Shown in pieces: positions 1-9,266 of a stretch of 64,000 bases of DNA. The stretch comes from Sedimentibacter sp. (GTDB lineage Bacteria > Bacillota > Clostridia > Tissierellales > Sedimentibacteraceae). A model generated the notes under the pieces. That model had not been told where the DNA came from. It ran no database searches and saw only the letters and a program-made list of their open reading frames with translations. Both the position numbers and the translations under genes were made by a program. The DNA lies in assembly GCA_050173715.1 (NCBI GenBank), contig JBFXKO010000020.1:855-64854 (forward strand), written 5' to 3'. How positions within the stretch are numbered: the first letter of the stretch is position 1; every line of letters starts with the position of its first letter.

Positions 1-487
1 ATGTGGGTGCAACAACATTAAGTCTGAAGTCTGCTATTTCAATGCATGCATTGAATACATCTTCAGAACTTGTAATCCTGTATGTTGTTAATCCGAATGT
101 TTTTATATAATCTTCTACTCCCTTTGATATTGGCCCGACAATTAATACCTTTGCAGGAACATCCATACCTGAAGGATCCAACCTCAATATTTCATTTATA
201 ATCACAGGAGGCATGTAATTTCTTTCTGTGAACAACACAGGTGCATTAACAGGGAAATGGACAATGCTTGAGGCACAGGTTCCATATTGCCACATATCAG
301 ATGGCACAAGAATTACGGCATGTGGCCGCCAGTGAATATTTCGGCTGGGGTATATGATATTTGATACAGCAGCATTATAGTAGTACATGTCATCATAATT
401 TACTCTTGTAGTATTAACTGTTGCAGAAATATTTGTATAAAATGGAATAGGATTTTGTTGTATAGGGTTATTGTTTAATTTAAACAT
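1..487 (-). CDS. Cell wall-binding repeat 2 (CWB2)-like protein, partial (runs off the window start); not in ORF track
   Basis: Manual translation of the minus strand from ATG at 487 is open to base 1 (MFKLNNNPIQQ...HAVILVPSDMWQYGTCASSIVHFPVNAPVLFTE...KVLIVGPISKGVE). RBS-like GCAGGTG upstream. The NAPVLF and VLIVGPIS segments resemble CWB2 repeats. Confidence 0.6.
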   Translation of the reverse strand, partial: MFKLNNNPIQQNPIPFYTNISATVNTTRVNYDDMYYYNAAVSNIIYPSRNIHWRPHAVILVPSDMWQYGTCASSIVHFPVNAPVLFTERNYMPPVIINEILRLDPSGMDVPAKVLIVGPISKGVEDYIKTFGLTTYRITSSEDVFNACIEIADFRLNVVAPT

Positions 488-646
488 AATTTCACCTGCT
501 TTCTATAGTCTAATATATGATTGATAATGTAATTTGATATTTCTATAACTTAAAATGAAACCTATTATAAACTAAGTTAAACTTAATATTTCAACTGTAG
601 TGTATTCCATTTGAGAAATCAAAAATATAAAATTAATAAATTAAAA

Positions 647-680
647 TCTTTATAAGTTCTTCACAATCATATAGTAACAT
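647..680 (+). promoter_or_regulatory. Tandem direct-repeat activator site plus -10 box (site 1 of 5)
   Basis: TCTTTATAAGT/TCTTCACAATC (647-668, 11-bp period); TAACAT at 675-680. Confidence 0.7.
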
Positions 681-685
681 TTAAA

Positions 686-700
686 TACCCCGCGGGGGTG
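686..700. promoter_or_regulatory. CsoR-type operator
   Basis: TACCCCGCGGGGGTG, a C-tract/G-tract pseudo-palindrome typical of CsoR operators, just upstream of an HMA gene. Confidence 0.7.
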
Positions 701-720
701 CGGTATAAGGAGGTTTTAAA

Positions 721-957
721 ATGAATACTACTCAAACAATTAAATTAAAGCAAAGTAATATGTTATGCAATAGATGTTTAACGAATGTAGTCAAAGCTCT
801 CAGTCTCATAGAAGGGATTCAAGAATTAAATGTAAATCTTGATAAAAAGTTAATTAAGATTACTTATGATAATGACAAATTTACAAAAAAGGTAATTCAA
901 AAAATTATTAATGATTCAATCGTTCACGGAAAAGTGGACAGCAAAATATATTCATAA
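721..957 (+). CDS. Heavy-metal-associated (HMA) domain protein, CopZ-like
   Basis: MLCNRC CxxC motif, HMA-length protein, AGGAGG RBS. Confidence 0.85.
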   Translation: MNTTQTIKLKQSNMLCNRCLTNVVKALSLIEGIQELNVNLDKKLIKITYDNDKFTKKVIQKIINDSIVHGKVDSKIYS

Positions 958-982
958 AAATTTTTATTGAAAGGTGACAAAA

Positions 983-3649
983 ATGAAAATAGGCTTAGAT
1001 GTTGGTTCAACTACACTTAAATGCGTAGTTTTAGACGATGATGATAATTTAATATTTCACTCATATGAAAGACATTATTCTCAGATTAACCAAAAAACTG
1101 CTTTTTTACTAAAGCAAATAAAAGAAAGGTATCCAAAAGAAGAGTGTTTTGATTTAGCCATATCTGGCTCAGCAGGTATGGGGCTAGCAGGGAACTGTGG
1201 GATTCCATTTATTCAAGAAGTATATTCCACAAGAATAGCAGTAAAAAAAATACTTCCATATACAGATATAGTAATTGAACTAGGTGGCGAAGATGCTAAA
1301 ATTCTTTTTCTTCAAATAGTATGGAAGTTAGAATGAACGGTTCTTGTGCAGAAGGTACAGGTGCGTTTATAGACCAGATGGCTACACTTTTAAACGTAAG
1401 TTTAGATGAAATGAATGAGTTAGCAAAGAATTCTAACAAGATTTATACTATAGCCTCACGATGTGGAGTATTTGCAAAATCAGATGTGCAGCCTCTACTA
1501 AATCAAGGAGCAAATAAAAATGATATATCTGCTAGCATATTAGCAGCAGTTGTAAATCAAACAATTGCAGGATTAGCTCAAGGTAGAGAAATAGCAGGAC
1601 AAGTAGTATATCTTGGGGGACCTCTTACATTTTTATCAGAGTTAAGAAAAAGCTTCAATAATATATTGGGTGTCAAGGGCATCTGTCCCGAAAACTCATT
1701 ATACTATGTAGCACTGGGTGCAGCTTACACTGATTTGAGAGAGCCAATGAATATAAGTGAATTGATAGAAAAAATAGAAAATTACAAATCAGAGGCTGGA
1801 TATGCAAGTTCCATGACATTGTTTGAGAATGAGCCAAACTATAATGATTTTTTTGATAGACATTCTAGAGAAAAAGTAGAATATAGTAAACCTGAAAATT
1901 ATATAGGTGACGCATATTTAGGGATAGATGCAGGTTCAACAACGGTTAAGGCAACTGTAATAGATGAAAATGAAGACATACTATACTCTAAATATTTATC
2001 TAATAGTGGAAATCCAGTGCCAATAATAAAAGATTTTTTGATAGAATTTTATGATAATTATCCAAATATAAATATTAAATCATCTTCAGTAACCGGCTAT
2101 GGCGAAGATATAATTAAGAACGCATTTAGAGAAGGAAGGACTTCGCTAAGAATATTCATAGGATATTAGATGAGAACTTTGAAAATATTTCATTATCAGA
2201 GGTGAAAGTCGCCGTAGAAAAAGCTTTTGATGAATATGACTCATATATGAAGAAGGTTAGAGCTATGGGTAAAAACTATATGGACATAGCAGAATCAAAT
2301 AATATGAAGGTTATTGTTTTAGCTGGCAGACCATATCATATAGACCCTGAAATAAATCATGGTATAGCTGGTGGTTAATCTTGCATAATAATATTGTTGA
2401 ATTTACAAAAGATATGAAAGATGAGTATACCATCTTAGTTCCTAATATGTTGCCTATACATTTTTCCATGCTAAAAAGTGTCTTTCACGCTCATGGTTAT
2501 AATATGGTAGTTTTACAAAGTGAAGGACCTAATGTAGTCAATGAAGGATTAAAACTTGTGCATAATGACACATGCTATCCTGCTCTTTTAGTAATAGGAC
2601 AGTTAATAGATGCACTAAAGAGTGAAAATTATGATGTCAATAAAACAGCCCTTATGATAACTCAAACTGGTGGTGGATGTCGAGCTTCAAACTATATTTA
2701 TTTATTAAGAAAGGCATTAGTAAAGGCAGGATATGAAAATGTACCTGTAATTTCTTTAAATGCATCAAATGCATCGGGATTAGAAAAGAATAGTGGATTT
2801 AAATATACTATTCCAATGCTAAGACAGTCCTTAGCAGTAGTAGCATATGGTGATTTGCTTATGCTTTTAGATAATCAAACCAAACCTTATGAAGTCAATA
2901 GAGGGGAAAGTAAAGCCCTTGTTGCTAGTTGGACAGAAAAAATATCGGAGGAATTGAAGTACAATAAAGGATATAAATTTAATGAGTTGCAAGAAAATTT
3001 TAATAGAATATCAAAATCCTTTGCGGATATAAAAAAGGTAAATACACTAAAGGTTAAGGTTGGAATAGTTGGGGAAATCTATGTAAAATACTCTAGTCTA
3101 GGTAATAATAAACTAGAAGAATTTCTATATAATGAAAATTGCGAAATAATGGTGCCAGGATTATTAGGATTTATTATGTATTGTGTTGAAAATGATATTA
3201 TAGATACAGCGCTTTATGGTGGAGGATATATAAAAAGTAAAGTAAGAGCTAAATTGAATGAATATCTTGGTAAATTAGAAAGTGCTTTAATTAAATCCAT
3301 GAGTCAATATGAAGGCTTTGTAGCACCAACTGGCTTCAAGCATATAAAAACGCTTGGTGAGAAAGTAATTGGATTAGGGACTAAAATGGGTGAGGGCTGG
3401 CTATTACCAGCTGAAATAATGGAACTGATACAAATAGGGTATGAAAATATAATATGTACACAGCCATTTGGATGTTTGCCTAATCATATTATAGGAAAAG
3501 GGATAATTAGCAAGGTCAAGAGAATACATGAAAATGCAAATATTGTTTCTATTGATTATGACCCGGGAGCGACAAAAGTAAACCAAGAAAATAGAATAAA
3601 ATTGATGTTGTCCATAGCAAGAGAAAAACTTCAAACAAAAATAATGTAA
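983..3649 (+). pseudogene. Disrupted CoA-substrate-specific enzyme activase / 2-hydroxyacyl-CoA dehydratase-related fusion (YxcA-like)
   Basis: Two ASKHA motifs (GLDVGSTT, GIDAGSTT). Frameshift near 1310-1320. Out-of-frame middle fragment about 2130-2378 (VIVLAGRPYHIDPEINHG). C-terminal dehydratase-like domain 2381-3649 (HNDTCYPA, QTGGGCRASNY, QPFGCLPNH). Large parts of the usual protein are missing. Confidence 0.85.
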
Positions 3650-3717
3650 TAATTCTATCTCGAATTTTATATATAAAGTTATTATTGGGTGGTACAAGCA
3701 TAATATTCTTAACTGCT

Positions 3718-3751
3718 TCTCCATAAGTTCTTCAAATTGATTTGGTATTAT
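3718..3751 (+). promoter_or_regulatory. Tandem direct-repeat activator site plus -10 box (site 2 of 5)
   Basis: TCTCCATAAGT/TCTTCAAATTG (3718-3739); TATTAT at 3746-3751. Confidence 0.7.
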
Positions 3752-3812
3752 GATAATAAGACATGGACTTAAGCTTGTACGCTCTCTAATGAGACATAAG
3801 GTAGGTGATTTA

Positions 3813-4403
3813 ATGAGTTATAGGAAAATGAACGGATTTACAAGGTTGATTATTGTTGTAGCAGTTCTAGTATTTATATTGACTTTAATCATGAGTTTTA
3901 CATCTTTTCTTTCAGACAGCAATGAGAAAAAAGTATCCAATGAAAAAGTAGCCGAGGAAAATATATCTGTACAGCAAAATGAGGAAGAACCTGTTGAACA
4001 GTCCCAGTCAGATGGTTCTAATAATACAGTAAAATATATGACTATCAGCCAAAATGGGAATATCGATATTATCGTAAATTATTTATCCTCTTCGATAGGG
4101 GATAAAGATGTGCTAACATTTGAGGTTTCACTGGGAACACATTCTGTTAGCTTATCAAAGTACAAAGATATAAGGGAATATGTAGAGCTTGTAACAGATA
4201 CCGGAATTGTAGTAAGTGAGGGATTTGAGTGGGAATTGCAAAATGGAGAAGACCACCATACTAGCGGTATATTGAAAATAAAAAATGAAATTGATGGGAA
4301 ACCAATTGTCGGAGAAGATACAAAATCATTTAAACTGGTATTTAGGAATATTCCGGATAAAAGTGAAAGAGAGCACATATACGAAGGAGAAAAGCTTAAA
4401 TAA
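3813..4403 (+). CDS. Membrane-anchored exported protein with THSV and DHH His motifs (uncharacterised)
   Basis: ATG 3813 follows AGGTGA RBS (ORF track starts at 3750). N-terminal TM helix, acidic linker, LGTHSVSL and GEDHHTSGIL motifs. Confidence 0.8.
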   Translation: MSYRKMNGFTRLIIVVAVLVFILTLIMSFTSFLSDSNEKKVSNEKVAEENISVQQNEEEPVEQSQSDGSNNTVKYMTISQNGNIDIIVNYLSSSIGDKDVLTFEVSLGTHSVSLSKYKDIREYVELVTDTGIVVSEGFEWELQNGEDHHTSGILKIKNEIDGKPIVGEDTKSFKLVFRNIPDKSEREHIYEGEKLK

Positions 4404-4422
4404 TGAGCGAGAAAGATAAGGG

Positions 4423-5184
4423 GTGGGTTACATGTTTACATCCATTTATATTGTAGCATTTATTGCAGGATTAGTTTCTTTCCTGTCACCTTGTATAATA
4501 CCGATGATTACCGTGTATTTCAGTCTAATCACAGGCATGTCCGCAAAGGAACTTAAAGAGACCGGTAAAAGTAAAGCTATAAGGTTGAAGATAATAATAA
4601 ATACGCTTTTATTTATCTTGGCATTTACTATTGTTTTTACACTTGCTGGTGCTGCATCAGGAAAGGCTGCAAGTTTTATTAAAGAGAATATTGGTGTATT
4701 CAATGTTATTGGCGGTATTTTTGTTATTTTTCTCTCATTAAAACTTTTGGGCTTTTTTAAAACTGTTTCTTTCAGTATAAAAGCCCTGGATAATCTGTTT
4801 GACAGGTTTAAAGAGAGAGCTTCTACCAGATACCTTACCACTTTTTTAGTTGGAATATTCTTTGCCGTTGCTTGTTCACATTGTATTGGACCCTTATTAT
4901 ATTCAATGTTGATTTTTGCAGGAAGCATGGGTTCCTCCTATACTGGTATGGCAGTAATGTTCATGTTTTCAATAGGGCTAGGAGTGCCATATCTGTTGGT
5001 AGGGATAGCCTTTGGAAAGTCAATGGGTATATTGAAGAGAATTCAGAAATATCATACAGTGATATCATATGTGACAGGTGTAATTCTTCTTATTTTTGGG
5101 ATATTGTTGTTATTTAACAAATTCACATTAATGGTTGAACTACTATATAAATTCATTCCTTTCAGTTTACCTATAGGAATGTAG
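4423..5184 (+). CDS. ccdA: Cytochrome c biogenesis / disulfide-reducing membrane protein CcdA (DsbD transmembrane domain)
   Basis: FLSPCIIP and ACSHCIGP Cys motifs in a roughly 6-TM protein; likely ATG at 4432. Confidence 0.88.
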   Translation: MGYMFTSIYIVAFIAGLVSFLSPCIIPMITVYFSLITGMSAKELKETGKSKAIRLKIIINTLLFILAFTIVFTLAGAASGKAASFIKENIGVFNVIGGIFVIFLSLKLLGFFKTVSFSIKALDNLFDRFKERASTRYLTTFLVGIFFAVACSHCIGPLLYSMLIFAGSMGSSYTGMAVMFMFSIGLGVPYLLVGIAFGKSMGILKRIQKYHTVISYVTGVILLIFGILLLFNKFTLMVELLYKFIPFSLPIGM

Positions 5185-5436
5185 GAAATTATTGCTGACG
5201 CCAATGCAGTTAGGCTCTGCGGATATTCTGAAGGAATAGCTGATGCATTAGAAAAAAAATTAGTTTCAACAAATTTGTAGATGAGAAAAAAACCAGTGTT
5301 CAACAATTAATCGAATGCTGGTTTATTTTTTTAAATTTTTTATTATTGTAATTTTTCCAAAGGTTGAAGCAATATTAATTAAAAAGTTTAAGAAGAATGA
5401 TTTAAAATTTATAAAATAGTTAATAATATTTTTAAA

Positions 5437-5470
5437 TCTTCACAATTTCTACATAATCTTTTGTTAACAT
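5437..5470 (+). promoter_or_regulatory. Tandem direct-repeat activator site plus -10 box (site 3 of 5)
   Basis: TCTTCACAATT/TCTACATAATC (5437-5458); TAACAT at 5465-5470. Confidence 0.7.
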
Positions 5471-5486
5471 ACATATATAAAAGAAA

Positions 5487-5501
5487 CACCCCCCGGGGGT
5501 A
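5487..5501. promoter_or_regulatory. CsoR operator
   Basis: CACCCCCCGGGGGTA immediately upstream of csoR. Confidence 0.8.
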
Positions 5502-5522
5502 TGGTTAATGGAGTGGATTCTG

Positions 5523-5789
5523 ATGAACAAAGAGAAAGAAAATGCTGTTACTTCTTTAAAGACAGCAAAAGGGCAAATTGAAGGAATTATTAAAATGTTA
5601 GAGGATGATAGATATTGTGTTGATATATCAAATCAAATAATTGCAGCACAATCACTGTTAAAAAAGGCTAATATTTTAATTTTAAGGCAACACATTCATC
5701 ATTGTGTAAAAGAAGCAATAAAAGAAGAAACCGGTGATGAAAAGATAGACGAAATAATAAATATTTTAGAAAAAATAATACAAAAATAA
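5523..5789 (+). CDS. csoR: Copper-sensing repressor CsoR
   Basis: GQIEGIIKMLEDDRYCVDI and HIHHCV (C-H-C ligands); heads the copA operon. Confidence 0.92.
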   Translation: MNKEKENAVTSLKTAKGQIEGIIKMLEDDRYCVDISNQIIAAQSLLKKANILILRQHIHHCVKEAIKEETGDEKIDEIINILEKIIQK

Positions 5790-5804
5790 AAAGGAGTGGT
5801 TTTA

Positions 5805-5951
5805 ATGTTTAAATTTATTAAAAATTGGCTAGACAGATTAGCTAAAGAGAATCAAAAAACTTTTGGAACAGGTAGAATGGATTGCTGTGATTTAAATAAA
5901 CCAAAAAACACAAATACACAAGCTGCTACCAGTAATACAAATAAGAAATGA
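5805..5951 (+). CDS. LDCC-motif putative metal-binding small protein (48 aa); not in ORF track
   Basis: AAGGAG RBS. MFKFIKNWLDRLAKENQKTFGTGRMDCCDLNKPKNTNTQAATSNTNKK. Lies between csoR and copA, and its stop overlaps the copA RBS. Confidence 0.85.
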   Translation: MFKFIKNWLDRLAKENQKTFGTGRMDCCDLNKPKNTNTQAATSNTNKK

Positions 5952-5961
5952 GGTGTAATGA

Positions 5962-8418
5962 TTGGAAAAGAGTCTTAAAATAGAAGGAATGACCTGTGCA
6001 TCCTGCGCTAAGACAGTTGAAAAAGCTACTAAGAAAGTACAGGGTGTAACAGATGCAAATGTAAACTTTGCAACTGAAAAGTTAAATGTAACCTTTGATG
6101 ATTCAAAGGTTACTGTAAAGGATATACAAGCTGCTGTAGAAAAAGCAGGATACAAAGCTTTATCTGAAGCTGTAACAAAAACAATGAAAATACAGGGAAT
6201 GACATGTGCATCCTGTGCTGCAAATATAGAAAAAGCTACAAGAAAGCTTAATGGGGTAACTGAATCAAATGTAAATTTTGCTACAGAAAAGTTAACCATA
6301 AGTTATGAACCAACATTAGTGAAAGTTTCAGAAATAAAGAATGCAATTGAAAAAGCAGGGTATAAAGCAGTCGAAGAGGAAACTTCAGTAGATGCTGACA
6401 AGGAAAGAAAAGAAAAAGAGATAAAATCTTTATGGGGAAGATTTGTAATATCAGCAATTTTTACGACACCTCTGTTATACATGGCAATGGGTCATATGTT
6501 TGGAGAAATGCTTGGAATAAAATTACCTGAAGTTATAGATCCAATGATGAATCCATGGAACTTTGCAATAGTACAGTTGATTTTAGTTACACCACCTATG
6601 ATTGTAGGTTACAAATATTTTACCGTAGGTTTTAAATCGTTGTTTAGAGGAAGTCCAAATATGGATTCACTTATAGCAATAGGTACAGCTGCAGCTTTCT
6701 TATACGGAATTTATGCAATTGTACAGATTTATAACGGCAATGGTGATTATGCTAATGAATTGTATTTTGAAGCAGGAGGAGTAATATTAACCCTTATTAC
6801 ATTAGGGAAATATTTAGAATCAGTTACAAAAGGAAAAACATCTGAGGCAATAAAGAAATTAATGGGGCTTGCACCTAAGACAGCAATAATTATAAGAGAT
6901 GGCAAGGAAGTTGAAATTTCAATTGAAGATGTTGAAGTTGGAGATGTTATAGTAGTTAAACCTGGAGAAAAAATGCCGGTAGACGGAGAGGTTATAGAAG
7001 GAACAACTTCAGTAGATGAATCAATGCTTACAGGTGAAAGTATTCCAGTAGAAAAAAATATTGGTGACGGCATTATAGGTGCAAGTATAAATAAAAACGG
7101 AACAATAAAATATAAGGCTACAAAAGTCGGTAAGGATACAGCACTGGCACAAATTATAAAATTGGTTGAAGATGCTCAGGGTTCTAAAGCACCTATAGCA
7201 AAATTAGCCGATGTTATTTCAGGATATTTTGTTCCTGTGGTAATAGCTCTTTCAATAATATCAGCATTGGCATGGTACTTCTTAGGAGGGCAATCAACAG
7301 TATTTGCTTTAACAATATTTATATCAGTTCTTGTTATAGCCTGCCCATGCGCATTAGGATTGGCAACTCCGACAGCTATAATGGTTGGAACAGGAAAGGG
7401 AGCTGAAAACGGAGTATTGATTAAAAGCGGTGTTGCGTTAGAAACAACACATAAAATTAAAACAATCGTATTTGATAAAACCGGTACAATAACAGAAGGA
7501 AAACCAAAGGTAACAGATATAATAACTGCAAATGGAATACAAGAAAATGATTTGCTGCAATTAACAGCATCTGCTGAAAAGGGTTCAGAACATCCACTTG
7601 GTGAAGCAATAGTAAAAGGTGCTGAAGAAAAGGGACTAGAATTTAAAAACCTTGATGCATTCAATGCAATACCTGGTCATGGAATTGAAGTTAAAATTGA
7701 CGGCAAAAATATATTGGCAGGCAACAGAAAGCTTATGGTTGAACGCAACATTTCATTGGAAAACTTGGAATCAACATCTAACAAGCTTGCAGAAGAAGGT
7801 AAAACACCTATGTATGTTGCTATAGATAATAAGATAGCAGGTATAATAGCAGTAGCAGATACAGTTAAGGAAAACAGCAAAAGAGCTATTGAAAAATTGC
7901 ATCAAATGGGTATAGAAGTAGCAATGATTACAGGTGACAACAGAAGAACAGCAGAAGCTATAGCAAGACAAGTGGGAATAGACAGAACACTCGCAGAAGT
8001 ATTGCCGCAGGATAAAGCTAATGAAGTTAAGAAGCTTCAATCTGAAGGGAAAAAGGTTGCAATGGTTGGTGACGGTATAAATGATGCTCCTGCCTTGGCT
8101 CAAGCTGATATAGGTATAGCCATAGGTTCAGGAACAGACGTAGCAATGGAATCAGCTGATATAGTATTGATGAGAAGTGATTTGATGGATGTACCGACAG
8201 CCATACAGCTAAGTAAAAGCACAATAAGAAATATAAAACAAAATCTGTTTTGGGCTTTTGGTTATAACACATTAGGTATACCTGTAGCTATGGGAATCCT
8301 GTACCTCTTTGGAGGGCCACTGTTAAATCCAATGTTTGCAGCAGCAGCAATGAGTTTAAGTTCAGTATCAGTATTAGCAAATGCATTAAGATTAAAGAGA
8401 TTTAAGCCGGTTAGATAA
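5962..8418 (+). CDS. copA: Copper-translocating P1B-type ATPase
   Basis: Two GMTCASC HMA domains, TGES, CPC, DKTGT, SEHPL, GDGIND, YN and MxxSS motifs; TTG start. Confidence 0.97.
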   Translation: MEKSLKIEGMTCASCAKTVEKATKKVQGVTDANVNFATEKLNVTFDDSKVTVKDIQAAVEKAGYKALSEAVTKTMKIQGMTCASCAANIEKATRKLNGVTESNVNFATEKLTISYEPTLVKVSEIKNAIEKAGYKAVEEETSVDADKERKEKEIKSLWGRFVISAIFTTPLLYMAMGHMFGEMLGIKLPEVIDPMMNPWNFAIVQLILVTPPMIVGYKYFTVGFKSLFRGSPNMDSLIAIGTAAAFLYGIYAIVQIYNGNGDYANELYFEAGGVILTLITLGKYLESVTKGKTSEAIKKLMGLAPKTAIIIRDGKEVEISIEDVEVGDVIVVKPGEKMPVDGEVIEGTTSVDESMLTGESIPVEKNIGDGIIGASINKNGTIKYKATKVGKDTALAQIIKLVEDAQGSKAPIAKLADVISGYFVPVVIALSIISALAWYFLGGQSTVFALTIFISVLVIACPCALGLATPTAIMVGTGKGAENGVLIKSGVALETTHKIKTIVFDKTGTITEGKPKVTDIITANGIQENDLLQLTASAEKGSEHPLGEAIVKGAEEKGLEFKNLDAFNAIPGHGIEVKIDGKNILAGNRKLMVERNISLENLESTSNKLAEEGKTPMYVAIDNKIAGIIAVADTVKENSKRAIEKLHQMGIEVAMITGDNRRTAEAIARQVGIDRTLAEVLPQDKANEVKKLQSEGKKVAMVGDGINDAPALAQADIGIAIGSGTDVAMESADIVLMRSDLMDVPTAIQLSKSTIRNIKQNLFWAFGYNTLGIPVAMGILYLFGGPLLNPMFAAAAMSLSSVSVLANALRLKRFKPVR

Positions 8419-8470
8419 TTAATAAAATAATTATTTAATATATAAAATACAAAATAATGGAGGATATGAA

Positions 8471-8686
8471 ATGAAAAAGAAAATATTAATTGAAGGAATG
8501 AGCTGTCAACATTGTGTAAATCACGTAACAGAAGCTTTAGGAGAAATTTGCGGAGTAAAATCTGTAAATGTAGATTTAGATAATAAGAACGCTGTAGTTG
8601 AACTGGCACATCCGGTAGACGATGCAAAGTTTAAGGAAGCTGTTGATGAAGCAGGTTATGAAGTTGTTGGAATAGAAGCATTATAA
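8471..8686 (+). CDS. copZ: Copper chaperone CopZ
   Basis: GMSCQHC motif, 71 aa, directly after copA. Confidence 0.92.
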   Translation: MKKKILIEGMSCQHCVNHVTEALGEICGVKSVNVDLDNKNAVVELAHPVDDAKFKEAVDEAGYEVVGIEAL

Positions 8687-8701
8687 TTTATATGTAATTA
8701 T

Positions 8702-8738
8702 AAAATGGCTTTGATAGTTAACTGTTGAAGCCATTTTT
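8702..8738 (+). terminator. Rho-independent terminator of the cop operon
   Basis: AAAATGGCTT...AAGCCATTTT stem followed by a T-tract. Confidence 0.7.
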
Positions 8739-8899
8739 TATGGAATTTTTTACTATAGTTTTAAAGATAATAACACAAATGTGGTTATTAAATTTGTTAA
8801 AAGGGTATATTAAATTATAATTATTTTTCTGAATAATAAGAAATTAAAGTTGTTAAGTTTTAATGATTTTACAGCTAACAGAAGTATAGGAGGAAACTT

Positions 8900-9169
8900 A
8901 TGAAATTAATTGACAATATATTTAGAAAAAAAGATGATACTATTATGTATACTTCAGATACTTGAGATGATTGTAAGGAAGCAAAAAGTTTTTTTGCAGA
9001 AAATCAAATAGAAGTTATATATAAAAATGTAGCAGATAAACAGAATAGGAATGAGCTTATGAAAAAATATGATCGTATGGTTGTCCCAACAATTATAATA
9101 GGAAATAAGATTCTTTTAGGATTTGCAGATAATAGAGATGAAATTATAAAACTTTTAAAACTAAGTTAA
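8900..9169 (+). CDS. Glutaredoxin/NrdH-like selenoprotein (UxxC), 89 aa; not in ORF track
   Basis: AGGAGG RBS, ATG 8900, in-frame TGA at 8963-8965 in YTSDT-U-DD-C-KEAKSFF. The frame continues through VVPTIIIGNKILLGF (Grx cis-Pro motif) to TAA at 9167-9169. Confidence 0.85.
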
Positions 9170-9185
9170 CTTAATATCAAACTGT

Positions 9186-9219
9186 ACTTCACAAGTTCTT
9201 CATAGTTATATAGTAAAAT
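9186..9219 (+). promoter_or_regulatory. Tandem direct-repeat activator site plus -10 box (site 4 of 5)
   Basis: ACTTCACAAGT/TCTTCATAGTT (9186-9207); TAAAAT at 9214-9219. Confidence 0.7.
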
Positions 9220-9266
9220 CTATATACATAAAGCTTTTAATTAAAAAGCATGATGGAGGAACTAAT

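Noticed and set aside
5182-5184. Pyrrolysine read-through of the ccdA TAG
   Set aside because: CcdA appears complete at this stop, no pyl genes are in the window, and the tail looks like a different protein family
5962-6370. Internal sequence duplication in copA
   Set aside because: These are the ordinary tandem HMA domains
8963-8965. TGA read as a simple nonsense mutation (pseudogene)
   Set aside because: Its exact coincidence with the catalytic Cys position, an otherwise intact ORF and RBS, and a candidate SECIS favour Sec; not fully excluded
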